64,000 nt of DNA from Anthoceros angustus (taxonomy: Eukaryota > Plantae > Anthocerotophyta). A program made the translations under genes and the position numbers. Positions 10,887-23,695 of this stretch are shown here, piece after piece. The DNA lies in NCBI GenBank assembly GCA_010909165.1, contig MU008183.1:434001-498000 (forward strand). The letters are read 5' to 3'. The notes beneath the pieces are model-generated. The model was given only the letters and a program-made list of their open reading frames with translations. It was not told the origin of the DNA and made no database searches. Numbering within the stretch: the first letter of the stretch is position 1; each line of letters begins with the position of its first letter.

Positions 10887-10999
10887 GCTTTGAGATTTTG
10901 TCCACAACGATTCTCCATCTTGGATCTTCGAGCATATGAGCCGGTCAATGTAGAGAACATGTATACTTTTTGAACAGAAATAATAGATATCACCTTCAT

Positions 11000-11450
11000 G
11001 CGGAACGATAGGCATGAAGTTAAGATTTCTCAAAGATGCCCTGAATCTTGGTGAGTTTACAAGCCAATGGGTGACCTCTTTTTGAATGGCCCATTTTCAA
11101 TTTGGAAATTCGAATCAGCATGATCCAAACCTGGCAATTTTTTGTGAGGCTGTCATCACCATGGAATGGTAAAAATTACACCCATAGAAAGGAAAACTGT
11201 AGCCACATACATAAAACTTTAGAACTTCGGCAATAGTTAGGCTTCTTGTGATCTAGGCCTTTTGCTACCCCAGTTAAAACATTGTAGGAGTAAGGTAATA
11301 GGCCATTTTCGACCTCATATTTATGGAGCAAGGCCTAACATTGCAGACGCAGTAGGAGTTGTGAGTAAATTCTTAGCCAACCGTGGATAACAACATTATC
11401 AAGCAGTCAAGAAGATATTCAGATACTTGCGCGGCACAAAACATTGGAAG
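11000..11450 (+). mobile_element. Old Ty1/copia RT C-terminal remnant
   Basis: ..ARPNIADAVGVVSKFLANRG*QHYQAVKKIFRYLRGT at ~11330-11440, with in-frame stops. Confidence 0.7.
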
Positions 11451-11469
11451 TTGAAATACCAAAAGGAGC

Positions 11470-12700
11470 GACAACAAGAAGCCCAGGCGGCCAGCCTGGG
11501 TACCTTCTCCGTACGGTACCTCCCTCTTTGGCTTGCTTATCCCGCCTGGGAGCTTTCGACAGAAAGATTATACAGGCTTTGGGTGATATCATCGGCCTGA
11601 GCACCTTCGAGTGTGCCGCCGGGGATTTGGCGAAGCAGCAGGCTTTGCTTACTATCGCTTTTGAGGGCACTGGTCTGCAGGCCACGAAGGTCTCTGTGCC
11701 GAGCCCTCTTTGTCCCCATCCTGGCCTCCCGATTCTTAATTTGGGACTCCCACATCTTGGAGGCGTTTGTCTCGAGCCTAGAGGAAGAGGTTTTGTCTCT
11801 ACAAGCGTCCTTGAGGTTGGCCAAGAGACTTTTATCCTCTGAGGCTAGGGTCGCTTTGCCACATTTTTCCTCCCTCCCTGAGATTGGGCTGCGTGGGCTT
11901 CAAGCATCGCTCTTGGAGAAGCACTACCGGCAAGCGCAGTTGGCCTTTCTTCGGGATTCCTCTATTCCCAGGGCCACTCGGGCTTGGCTTCACTCTTGCT
12001 CAGGGAAGGGAGCAAGTTCCTCGCTTATGGCCCGAACCAGACCCAGGCATTCTGCATCGCAATAGCAACTTTTTACACAACGATGCGCTTTCGCCTGGGC
12101 TAGGTCCGACTTCTGGCCTGCTCTTTCTCTATTTGCTCTTGTGGAGCCTCCCTCGATGACTCGGTTTCCACCTGGCCCAGTGTCCTGCTGGCGGACAGTG
12201 CATTGCTATGCATGATGCCGTCTGTGACATCATGTTTTCAATGGCCAAGGAGAGCATGTTCTTTCCTTATAGGGTGCGCCCATACACCTTTCTCAATGGC
12301 ATTTCTCTTAGGGTTGACCTTTTTTTTGTCTCGCGGAGACCAGGTTTCTATTGCTAATGTGGTTGTAACAGACCGTACCCATGACTCTGTTTGCGAGCAT
12401 GTGATCCTTTAACCCTCTGGGCTGGGCCGCGGAGGGTTGTGCGACAGCCAAGGTCCACATGTACTCTCCTATGCAGGACGGCCACACCTTTATCCCCCTT
12501 GCCATTGAGATCCATGAGGCCATGGGCAAGGATTTCTCAAGGTTTGTCAAGGCCTGTGCCAAGGCGTACCACAATCATAGGAATGGGCTTGGTATGCCTC
12601 TTTCTTCAGGCAACGGGTGTCCATTATCCTGCAAAGGGCATTGGCGAACGCGTCGTATAGGACGGCGATAAGCGCAGGGGAAGTGGCTTTTCGGCCCCAG
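11470..12700 (+). mobile_element. 5'-truncated CRE-like non-LTR retrotransposon (RT thumb, zinc knuckle, restriction-like endonuclease)
   Basis: PGYLLRTVPP..RLGAFDRKIIQALGDIIG..LAKQQALLTIAFEGTGL; RATRAWLHSCSGKGASS; FYTTMRFRLGLG; FHLAQCPAGGQCIAMHDAVCDIMFSMAKE; IANVVVTD; HTFIPLAIE; FFRQRVSIILQRALA. Several frameshifts. Confidence 0.7.
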
Positions 12701-13156
12701 TGGTAGTAGGCCTTTTCATATCCCCGACCACGAAATTCTCCGTATAGTGGGTAGTTTTGAGGTGAGCGATCGCGGGGGTTAGTGCCCCTTGGCATGGTGC
12801 CCTTGGTTGGGTTGTTCCCCTTTTTCCTTTTGGGGTAGATAGGTTTTTCCATCTCTTTTCTTACATAAATTGTCCACATTTTTCTCTCTTTATGGAGCAT
12901 AGGTCTCTCAGGCATGGTATCCTTTATGGGTCTTCTCCCTCATTTACTTGTTGCAAATCGGATAACATGGATCTTAGGCCCGGAATTTGAAAAGCATGAT
13001 TATTGGACGCATGGTGCACTTTATGGTTTTCTCCCTTATCTGCATGTTGTAGATGACACTATCTATCTATGTGTAGCTACTAGGTAGATAAACGATTTTT
13101 TATGTTGAAAGCTTGAGGATAAATTATACTAAAACATTTGATGAGATGAATATACA

Positions 13157-13335
13157 TAGGTGGGTTTTATAACTTAGAATAATCAATTTTTAATATATAA
13201 TATACGTACATCTTATTAGGTGGGTTTTATAACTTAGAATAATTAATTTTTAATATATAATATACGTACATCTTATTAGGTAGGTTTTATAACTTAGAAT
13301 AATAAAATTTTAATATATATAATATACGCATATCT
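13157..13335. repeat. 60-bp AT-rich tandem repeat x3
   Basis: taggtgggttttataacttagaataa... recurs at 13157, 13217 and 13277. Confidence 0.9.
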
Positions 13336-14013
13336 TCGTGGGTCCCGGTGAGAAAACATGTTGCACGTGGTTATAACAAGGGTAAAAAGGGTGGACGACG
13401 GGAAACGGTTACAGCAGCCTTGTGTCAGCCGGGCTATGGATGCAAGATGAGAATTGCTGGAAGAAGGCAGACTCGCGAGACAAAAACATCCGTGGATACA
13501 AGATACAAGACAGTGGAGGCAACCCCATGTTTAGCCCTCAAGTTGCCATTACATAGCAAAACTCATCTAGGGGTCGTGATATGCGGCTCTGATAGGCGGC
13601 TGAGCACAGACTAAAGAGTGGTGTTTATTTTACCCTATAAAGCCAAACAGCAGCCAAACAAGATGGTGAAACTGATAGCCTGCAAGCTCGTATGACCTCT
13701 GGGACACCGAGTTGGCTCTTCTTTATTGATGCCCATGATGCCAGCCTGGCCTTGAGGCCACAAATCCGATACGGGGGACTTACTTAGCCAGTTTGAACAC
13801 GAAGATCCTGGCAGGTTTTTCCTGGCTCTTCCATAAGCTAAACAACTGAACTAAGGTGATTAGAATGGCTGAACAGAGCCAATCCTTAAGCTGTTCCGTA
13901 CCTGGCCCGGGAAGATTGATTCGCTTGCGCGGGAACATCTCTACCAAGTCGAGAACTCTCTCCCCTCGCTTCCCAGTTCAAATAATAACAATAATCTTTC
14001 CAGCACATGCTCT

Positions 14014-17000
14014 TTATCGACCTGATATTAAGCTTCCCAAGTGGTCACCAGCAAATGTGCCTAACTCCCATTCTTGTGTCGAGGAGGATAGTGTCATCAA
14101 AGCAACCACCACCATCCGCATATTGGGTCTCAACTCTGGGTTTTCTTGGGTACACGCTTCTGCAAGTTGTGCCAGCTGCATATCCAAAGTTCGAGGTTTC
14201 CGGAGTTAATAAAATGACCAACCAAGTAAACTCAGGATCATCATCAAGTTAGAAACCTCGAGCACCTTGTATGCAGAATCTGCAGGATAGTTGTCTCCCA
14301 AACTAGCATCTGTTAGAGTCCGCAATCTTTCCCTTCCATCTGGCGCACGTAAAACCGTCTCAAACTGTAACACAAGAAACCAGTGTCAAAAACATTGCAC
14401 AATGTCCCATTCGCATAAGAACTTTGAGAGCGCAAGAAACGAGAACAAACCAAAGTAACAAGGACTTTGTATTCTTCTCCTTGCGAACCGCCGGTGTTTG
14501 CTGACTCATCATAAATTCTTAGGATCGCTTCTTTACCAGACAGAATCTCATAAAGAACTACTCCAAACGAATACACATCCAACTTAGCCGATACATCTCC
14601 AAAACGAGCATATCTGGACGGCAATCAAAAGAGGACAACTGCCAGTAAACGAGCAGCTCTTGCTCCCAATATAGAAAGCAGTCCACGTCTGAGAGAGTGG
14701 GGACACTGTACTCTGGAGGCATGTATCCGAAAGTCCCGGCCACCTTGGTTTCTACTGTCGAGGCAGCTCCCATAGGTTTTGTTAGCTTGGTGAGTCCGAA
14801 ATCTGCAACCTATGAGATGTGCACTGGAGTATATCAGATTCGCCATTCCAGGAGAGAGCAAGAGAAAATGGCCAAGGTAATCTTCGAGTTTTCGACCTAC
14901 CTTTGCATGAAACTGCTTGTCAATGAGGATATTGGCTGACTTCACGTCGCGGTGGATGTAAGTTGGCTTAGTATGTTCGTGGATATACTCAAGCCCTCTG
15001 GCAGCGTCAAGAGCTATTTGTATTCGCTGTACCCATGTCAAGGATGTCCCTGTAATAAAACCACGTTGGTTAGGTACAGTTTTCCCTTTTTCCTTTGCGA
15101 ATAGCACTTACTATCCATTGCACCACAAAATGCAAACTCCACACCTCTTCGGCTAGCTCTGTGCAGATGCTCATGAAGTGTTCCGTTCTCCACGAACTCA
15201 TACACCAAAAAGAGCGACTCTACTGTACAGAAGCCAAGCAGCTGTACCTGCAACGCGCAACCCCAGAGCTCAGGAACGGTGGCCATTCAAATAGCACCTT
15301 CAGGATACCTCCTGGAAAGGAGATATCTTCCGAACCCACATAAGCTTACCAGATTCGTGTGGTGAACATGAGTTAGTACTTGCAACTCTGCTAAGAACGC
15401 CTGGGTTGCTTGCAAATTCATCCTTTTGACTGCTACTTTCTGCATTCGTAAAAGACCATCACGGAGATCATCGGGAGTCGAAGGACTGATAGGAGGTCCA
15501 ATTGAGAATCCAAAATACACTTCAGAGCGCCACAGTCATCAAGGTTGGAAATCCACATATCAACTCAAGGAGTGAAATTGAGAAACAAACCTGGCCCTGG
15601 AGCTCTCCATAATAAACTGCTCCATAACCACCTCTACCTACTATGTTGGCGATGCTGAAATTGCTGGTAGCTGCGGCAAGCTCTTCGTAAGAATACTCAA
15701 CGGACTTGTCCACAATGAAGTCAGCCGCAGGATAGCTGCCTGAAAAAGTATTTCTACTCGAAGACCCTGAATTCAAGGGCCTGTCGGAGGAACCTGCAGC
15801 CATAACCCCTGCTTGGATTACCGACACTCAACATACCTGAAAGGGTGATAACACATGGGTCAAAAAGCAAAAACCTCACAAACCTGAAACGGACGGGTCT
15901 GTTGAGGCACGAAAGCCCGGTGGAGCTAGCTGCTCCTTAGATTTCGCCACCACTGGCTGTCTAGGCCTTCTCCGTACAAAATATGCAACAACTAAGCAGA
16001 GGACGGCAACTACGATGACACCACCGACAGCTCCTCCGACAACAGCACCAATGTTAAGCCCATGACCTTTTGTCCCGCCTGCACAAAGGTCATTCAGAAA
16101 GTGTCAGGAGAACTCTCCAAATGCGCAAGAAGCCGAAGAGATTGCAGCCAGCTTCCAAAAACGGCCCCTAGAGCAGCCTGAATACTCTCTATTTCCTCCC
16201 ATTTCTTCGGCATGATTACTTCACAAGTTTTGAGCTCACTGCACAAGCATGAAACCAGCACAGCACAATCACTCCCCCGTAACTAGATGCCATTCGGTTA
16301 CGCAAAGCCATCAGCTTTCAGCATTCATTTCACTCAGGAGAAGGACATACCCACTAAACGCTGGAAACTGCCCGCTCAAATCTGCACCCACAACCCCAAA
16401 GGCAAGCCAGAAAGGTTCAGTCACAGGCAGCTGGCAAGACCGAGCAGCGAGGCCAAAACTCCATCACACACAGCTTCACCTCGGGTAGGTACAAACAGAA
16501 TGGTCACATTAGCCTGAAGCTTGTTAAAGTCGACCCCGGGATTGGCAGCCAGGAGATCAGCCACAGGCACACTGAAGTTGGCAGCAATGCTCGAGGCCGT
16601 ATCTCCCGTCCGGACCACATAGGTGGTGAACAATCCGTACTGCCTCAAGTCGGGGCTCCCACAAGAGCAATTCACCGGCACAGTGAGCACCTGACCCGGA
16701 TAGATCAAATTCACATCTACCACATTGCTGGCACTCGCAATCCAGGCAACCGTAGTGAGCGACGAATAGTTGTCGCTCGCAATTGTACTCAGATACTCAT
16801 TGGTCACCGTGAATTGAAAAATTCCTTGTAGTACGTTCCGCACGCAGACGCAGCTGAAGGGCACTCGCAGCCCTGTCCCCGCCTCCACGAAACCGATGTA
16901 GGTGATGTTGTTGTAGCGCGCGATTTCGGTGGCATTCGTGCTGAACCGGGTGCCCATGAGCTGCAGCGTGTCCCCCTCTTGCATCACACAGTCGGCCAGC

Positions 17001-17089
17001 GCCGGGCATCCGCCCGCGGGGACGCATCCCGCAGCTGCCGCCCAGGCTGCCCTGCAGAGCAGCACCCCGGCCCAAATCACGGCGAGCAT
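14014..17089 (-). CDS. CERK1: LysM receptor-like kinase, CERK1/LYK type, multi-exon, catalytic motifs intact
   Basis: Signal peptide; three LysM modules separated by CVC and CSC; TM segment [28 protein letters not shown]; kinase [95 protein letters not shown]; ends SGR* at 14014. One small exon junction near 16.1-16.35 kb is unresolved. The symbol means CERK1-like, not proven orthology. Confidence 0.92.
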
Positions 17090-17676
17090 GCTGGACTGGG
17101 CTCGCGCAGGGCCGCTGCCAGCGCCGGGCCGGGCCTGTGAGACGCCGAGTCGTGAGTCCCGATCTGCCGCTGCAGCCTGTCAGAGGAGGCTGGGGAACCC
17201 TCCCGCCGGAGACGGAGGCTCACGGGGGGTCAAGGAGCGGCCCTGCAGCTGCAGCAGACGACAGGAAGAGACGCAACGGCATCATCGAGCGAGGTGGCCG
17301 CAAAGACAGATCGCAGCACAACTCTGACAGACTCTTATCCTACGTGGGCACAGCGATTGTGGGAGGAGAAGCCGCGGAACCCAGTTCCTCCTTCGTGTGT
17401 GTGGACGCGACCCTGCTGAACTCGGATTTTGTGGGGACTGAAGTACATATAATGCTCGGCTCCGACTAGATGGTCTTAGTACCTGCTTAAGTTTTATGGC
17501 CGAGGAGTGGTACGTGGCGTGAGGCCCTTACCCTGTGGTGTCAACAAGTTTTATCAACGATTCGGAAACGAGAAAACATAACGACCGCCGGGGGCCGGAG
17601 GGTGAGGCAATTTGGACAACGATCTTACAGCGGAGTGTAGGGTAGTGATAATTCATGGAGAGGAAGGACTTCCACA

Positions 17677-18644
17677 CTACAATTTGGAGATCACGTCTTC
17701 CAGCTTCGACACGGCCTCGGCGTAGTACTTCTCAGCCTGCGGCACGCTCTTCTCGCGCGCGGCGTAGTCCAGCTGCAACAAGCAGAGGGAAATTATGTTC
17801 CAACATGTGTTGTGGAGAGCAGGAAATGATGTGTGGTCGGGAATCCGGGACGAGACAAGACTCGACTTACCCGATCAATGCTGGACTTGAGGCTCTTGAT
17901 GAGAGCCTTGAACGACTTCTTCTCTTCCTTCGGCTTGGAGGCGAGGATCTTGTCCAAGTCGAAGTTCAAAGGACTGACTCTCAGCTCGTTCTGGAGATAC
18001 GGCCAGGCCTTCTTTTCGATCAGAGCCTTTACAGCGACGATCCTGTCCGCAGATTCCTTAGCCCTGGCAACAAGGTCGCTGTAGTCTCCTTTCTGGATGT
18101 AGAAGCGCTCGTTCAGCGGCAGGTCGGTGTCCCTAGCCTGGTCCGCGTTCTCCGTCCCGGCTGTCACAGCAAGCGGCACACATTGTACTCAGACCGACGG
18201 GCAAACTTACTCCTCCTACGCAAGCTCCTTCTGCTTCACTTAGAGTCGATATTGGGAGCAAGTCTTGCATTTTCCACAGCTGCGCTGCTGTGCTTTGTCA
18301 AGATTCAAGCAAGCGAAGAACGTGCTGCATTTTGGAGAAGCGAGGAGGGACACTCACGCAGGCCGCCGAACAGTGGAGGAGGAGGCTTGAGCACAGGAGG
18401 TGCGGGCTCTGCACGCGCAGAGGACGCCAAGGCTCCGGCCGCCACAGACGCCGCAAGAAGGCCGAGCACCGACCGCCTGCTCTGCGCCTCCGACTCCTCG
18501 CCGCGCTGAGCGCGAACGGCAACCACGGCTGCCTTCGCAGAGCGACTCGGCTGCTGCTGCTCAGCTGGCTGGCCCGCTCGCCACCAGGCTGCCTTCCAGG
18601 ACGGCCGGGGACAGACCCGCCATGGATGCCACTGCTTGCGCCAT
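17677..18644 (-). CDS. PSBQ: Photosystem II oxygen-evolving enhancer protein 3 (PsbQ), copy 1; exons 18644-18358, 18160-17871, 17772-17677
   Basis: MAQAVASMAGL transit peptide, twin-Arg-like SRRSVLGLLAA..ARA, PPPPLFGGLP/GTENADQARD..KAWPYLQNELR../LDYAAREKSVPQAEKYYAEAVSKLEDVISKL*. Two 1-bp deletions in exon 1 relative to copy 2. Confidence 0.9.
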
Positions 18645-19085
18645 AGCCACCGGAGGTGCAGGTGGAGGACGGGATAGGAAGAGACGCAACGGCATCATCG
18701 AGCGAGGTGGCCGCAAAGACAGATCGCAGCACAACTCTGACAGACTCTTATCCTACGTGGGCACAGCGATTGTGGGAGGAGAAGCCGCGGAACCCAGTTC
18801 CTCCTTCGTGTGTGGACGCGACCCTGCTGAACTCGGATTTTGTGGGGACTGAAGTACATATAATGCTCGGCTCTGACTAGATGGTCTTAGTACCTGCTTA
18901 AGTTTTATGGCCGAGGAGTGGTACGTGGCGTGAGGCCCTTACCCTGTGGTGTCAACAAGTTTTATCAACGATTCGGAAACGAGAAAACATAACGACCGCC
19001 GGGGCCGGAGGTGAGGCAATTTGGACAACGATCTTACAGCGGAGTGTAGGGTAGTGATAATTCATGGAGAGGAAGGACTTCCACA

Positions 19086-20050
19086 CTACAATTTGGAATC
19101 ACGTCTTCCAGCTTCGACACGGCCTCGGCGTAGTACTTCTCAGCCTGCGGCACGCTCTTCTCGCGCGCGGCGTAGTCCAGCTGCAACAAGCAGAGAAATT
19201 ATGTTCCAACATGTGTTGTGGAGAGCAGGAAATGATGTGTGGTCGGAATCCGGGACGAGACAAGACTCGACTTACCCGATCAATGCTGGACTTGAGGCTC
19301 TTGATGAGAGCCTTGAACGACTTCTTCTCTTCCTTCGGCTTGAGGCGAGGATCTTGTCCAAGTCGAAGTTCAAAGGACTGACTCTCAGCTCGTTCTGGAG
19401 ATACGGCCAGGCCTTCTTTTCGATCAGAGCCTTTACAGCGACGATCCTGTCCGCAGATTCCTTAGCCCTGGCAACAAGGTCGCTGTAGTCTCCTTTCTGG
19501 ATGTAGAAGCGCTCGTTCAGCGGCAGGTCGGTGTCCCTAGCCTGGTCCGCGTTCTCCGTCCCGGCTGTCACAGCAAGCGGCACACATTGTACTCAGACCG
19601 ACGGGCAAACTTACTCCTCCTACGCAAGCTCCTTCTGCTTCACTTAGAGTCGATATTGGGAGCAAGTCTTGCATTTTCCACAGCTGCGCTGCTGTGCTTT
19701 GTCAAGATTCAAGCAAGCGAAGAACGTGCTGCATTTTGGAGAAGCGAGGAGGGACACTCACGCAGGCCGCCGAACAGTGGAGGAGGAGGCTTGAGCACAG
19801 GAGGTGCGGGCTCTGCACGCGCAGAGGACGCCAAGGCTCCGGCCGCCACAGACGCCGCAAGAAGGCCGAGCACCGACCGCCTGCTCTGCGCCTCCGACTC
19901 CTCGCCGCGCTGAGCGCGAACGGCAACCACGGCTGCCCTTCGCAGAGCGACTCGGCTGCTGCTGCTCAGCTGGCTGGCCCCGCTCGCCACCAGGCTGCCT
20001 TCCAGGACGGCCGGGGACAGACCCGCCATGGATGCCACTGCTTGCGCCAT
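19086..20050 (-). CDS. PSBQ: PsbQ, copy 2 (retains native upstream region)
   Basis: Same three-exon structure; exon 1 intact, 1-bp deletions in exons 2 and 3 relative to copy 1. Confidence 0.9.
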
Positions 20051-20356
20051 AGCCACCGGAGAATTGCAGGTGGAGGACGGGCAGGATAAGAGACGCAGCT
20101 AGAGTGGAGGCGTCAGTGAGCAGGGGATGGATTTGGGGAAAGAGAGCTCTGGGAGGCGAAGCACTGAATGTGGACCGCGAATACCTTACCAGCCTATGGG
20201 CAATCAGGACCACGGGCCCACAAACTCCTAAATCTTTTATCTCCTCGAGAGATTGGGGACAGCCAGTAAGGAAATCAACCAGGCCTCAAATTTTACTCCA
20301 AAATTGTTGGGGCTGCAGCACAGCTGTGGAGCTTACGCTTGTGCTGTAATAAGAAC

Positions 20357-23300
20357 CTACGGGGCCGCGACAGCGTAAAGAGTGTATTCTAAAGATGCAA
20401 GCCACTCCGCTTTGAAGAGCATATCGCCTAGCATCGTCAGGATATCCAGGTCGGGATCGAGCTTTCGCTGCCAGCCCTGGAGTACACGACGATAAACAGT
20501 GTTTATCCACCAGAGGAAAGATAAGGTGAGCACAGGGCTTGAAAGCTTGGGAATGAGCAGCTCTTACCTCAAGGATTAGCGTTGTCACCATCACTGTGCA
20601 GACATCGCCGTCCAGGTTGACACGGTGCTTCCGGACTTGATCAAACAAATCCCTCATGCATTCACCGGTATTCAAAGCTGTGCCCCTCTCTGCCAGGTAC
20701 TGCTTGAACTTGGCCTCGACGTCCCTGGTAAACGCCTGCAGGTTCAGGATATAGTATTCGTCAATTGCTGTTCACTCATCTCGGAATCTGGCAGTCAAAG
20801 CCGCTTTACAAATAGGCAATTCATCCCATGTTGTACCTCTGGATCGGGGCAACTTTGGTTCTCCGAGAACTGTAGGGTACACTGTGCTACCCTTCGGCCA
20901 TCCCTACATGCAGCAGCCTGATCCAAAGCCATCAGTTAGCAAACGCAAAGTTGGAACAACGTGGACCAGACAACAGCTTGGATTTTGAAGAAACGAATAA
21001 AAACCTTTCGTCTCAGCTACCTGAAACAACTCCAAAACAATTAGGCGGTTCCTCTGGCTCAATTCAGCTGTCATTCCCACATCCAGTAAAACCACCTGCG
21101 GACGCTTCCCTTTGAAACGCACAAATATGTTGCCCGGATGAAGATCACCGTGCACAAAGTTATCCTCCTGTGGTGCAAAAAGAACCCAAATGAAACTTTC
21201 ACTTGTTTATCAAGTAGTCTTTATCCACGACATCACTATGTACATCAGTGAAGAAAAGGGCAAGAAAGAGTTTAAAGACACTCAGACTCACCAGTAACAT
21301 TTTTAACAATATACGAGTCCCCAAGTACGCAAGGTAAGTGTGTATCGGAGACTCTTCACCACTATCAATGTACTTCACGATGCTCTCGCCTTCCTCAAAC
21401 GTCTAAAGCTCAGAAACAAACGTGATTGGAGCGAGTGTAAAGGTAAGATAGGAAGTTGAGCACGTCATTAGCAAAGATCCTCAGAGAGGCAAGCTGGTTA
21501 CCTCTACGAGGACTGCAGGATGCACAAGGGGATAGATTGGTGCTGGGAAACTGACACTCTTCCACTTCCGAAAATTGTAAATGAATCTCATCAGGTGAGC
21601 CGCCTCAAGGGTGAGGTCAACCTGCACACGAAGATGATGAGATTCATTCAGCCAGCTGGCAACATGAGGCACTCATGGGAAATCAAAGCTGCTGCAGGAT
21701 GGACATCATCATCATGAACCTGCTTTGTCATGAAGGTGGCAAATTGTTGGACGCTCTTGTCAAGCTGCAAGTGCTTTAACCCTGGAACTATGGTGGAGAC
21801 TCCTGCGAACCAATTCATAATCACAAAATCTCTCTGTATGACTTTGCTGACATGAGGATGACGCACCTATATCCAAAGTGCAGGATGTAATTAGGAAGTT
21901 TCACTGTGAACGCCTTTCCACAACTAAACACTCCACAACCTTCCCTCCCATAGTGCACAGTGATGCTTACCTTCACCGCAACAACAATGGGCTTGTTGTC
22001 TTTCAAGCGCAAGACCGCACGATGGACCTGAATGAACACACCAGTTCTGGTAAGCTAGCATCCTCTGACAGACAGTCAGACTTGCTCTACAGTCACGCAC
22101 TCACCTGTGCAATACTACCAGAAGCAATGGGCTTCTCTGAAAATTCCTCAAATATGTCCTCTACAGGCTTTCGAAAAGCCTTTTGAATCATCCTCCTCGT
22201 GTGCGAAAAACTGTGAGCAGGAGACTGCTCATTCATAAGACAAACGCAATCAGAAAGGCAGATCGTCCATCTCCAAAGCCTCGCGTCCAGCCACCAACCA
22301 TGAATCGACTGAGGATACCTGCATGTGAAGCTTGGAGAGGGCTTCACACACGTCAGCAGGAAAAATATCAGGGCGAGTTGCAGCCCACTGTCCCCACTTT
22401 ATGAATGCAGGACCTGCAAAGAACAAGAGACTATGAGCCAATGCTGTAGAGGAGAAAGGCCATGTTTCAATCAACTCTTGATCTACATAAGCACAAAAGG
22501 AACATCTAGCTGAGTTACCTGCAAGTTCAAGGGTCCTCAAGAGAAGATTTAACCATGTCCTTCGAACACGGCCTTCAGGATTTTCAGCAAAAGCAGCAAG
22601 GAATATGGTTGGTGTGAAGAGGGCCACTAAATAGCATAGTCGCAGTGCAAGCATTATATACTCAGCTGTCTTTGTTCACCCACAAAACATGACAGGAATT
22701 ACATTGGATGCAAGCCTTCAACATTCTAAACAACCGAAAAAGATAGGCAAGTTGTATACAAATTGAACTCATAAAAAAGAGGTTGGTTTTCTAATTTACC
22801 ATGGCAAACAAAGCGAGAGGTTTCACCCTCGGCTTTGTTGTTTGCCGCGGCGGAACCCCCACAGGACCCTGGTGCTCAGGAACCGTCACCGCACTCTGTG
22901 CATATGCAGCTTCTCCTAGTAGCAAAGCAAGCGTCTTCTTCAAAAACTGCTGCAACATAAGGAGGTATAAGAGCAAGCCGGACATTCGAATTGAGTGTAT
23001 CAGGAGTATGGCAAAATACATGCAAGTAGAACCAATCCAGTCAATTAGAGCTTAGGCAGGCAAGCACAAAAGTATACCTGACCTTTGTTGTCAGCCAAAG
23101 TCATGAGAGTCACTTGCATCCAGTGACATTCTCGACGAAATAGAGGAGGCTTGGTCACCTCCAAAATCCAAATATTTTTCTGCTGCCATGATCTCCACGC
23201 TTGAGACAAAGCCGACACATTTTTTAAGGATGCTAGCTTTGGCACAACATCCACGGCAAATGTTGCCTTGTGAGACAAAGCCGCAAGACCGAAACATCTC

Positions 23301-23695
23301 CTGTTGCTTTCAAAAAATCCTCTCAGCCTGTGCGCGTACAGGTGCTGTACACAGAAGGTCGAATACGGATACGCAGACTCTGATGACCTAGTCACGATAA
23401 ACGGTAAGCTAGACTTGGCAGCAGGTCGGAAATCCCATCCTCTCCTACTCTTGCATGCCACGAACGTTCTTCTGCTGCAATAGTACAACACAGCCGAACA
23501 TAGCTGGTTCCGTTTGGCAGCATACCAGTAATGCATGCCTGTAGTGTGCGTATCACCTGCATACAAAGCCTGACGTTCAGAAGAACACCAAACACACTGA
23601 ATTCCAGCTCGACTCTCAAACAAAACATCGACAACTCCAGTTTCAGCTGTCGGTCAAAAAAGAGAAGGCTTCAGATCCACCTGAGGCCCTCTCAT
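20357..23695 (-). CDS. ABC1/UbiB atypical kinase, ADCK2-like (plant ABC1K10-like, probably mitochondrial), multi-exon; start codon tentative
   Basis: PAFIKWGQWAATRPDIFP, PIASGSIAQVHRAVL..VAVKVRHP, VDLTLEAAHLMRFIYNFRKWKSVSFP, HGDLHPGNIFV, VLLDVGMTAEL, VNLDGDVCTVMVTTLILEGWQRKLDP; stop at 20357. ATG 23695 inferred from MRGPQ/gt..ag/ALYAG splicing. Confidence 0.88.

Larger units (their letters stand above)
17263..20095. repeat. ~1.41 kb tandem duplication (17263-18690 / 18677-20095) covering the RLK upstream region plus the whole PsbQ gene
   Basis: The copies differ mostly by 1-2 bp indels and very few substitutions; the junction shares aagagacgca microhomology. Confidence 0.85.

Noticed and set aside
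4823-10891. Target-site duplication for the gypsy element
   Set aside because: The flanks do not match. The gct on both sides of the 5' LTR is only 3 bp, and its left copy is part of the PBS.
13740-13860. Exon-like segment with ag/gtaagt signals downstream of the LysM-RLK stop
   Set aside because: There is no coding support; at most a 3' UTR intron, which cannot be tested without transcripts.
17655-18509. 284-aa plus-strand ORF and similar long GC-rich antisense ORFs over PsbQ, the RLK, X and Y
   Set aside because: They are shadows of GC-rich genes on the opposite strand, with no recognisable motifs.
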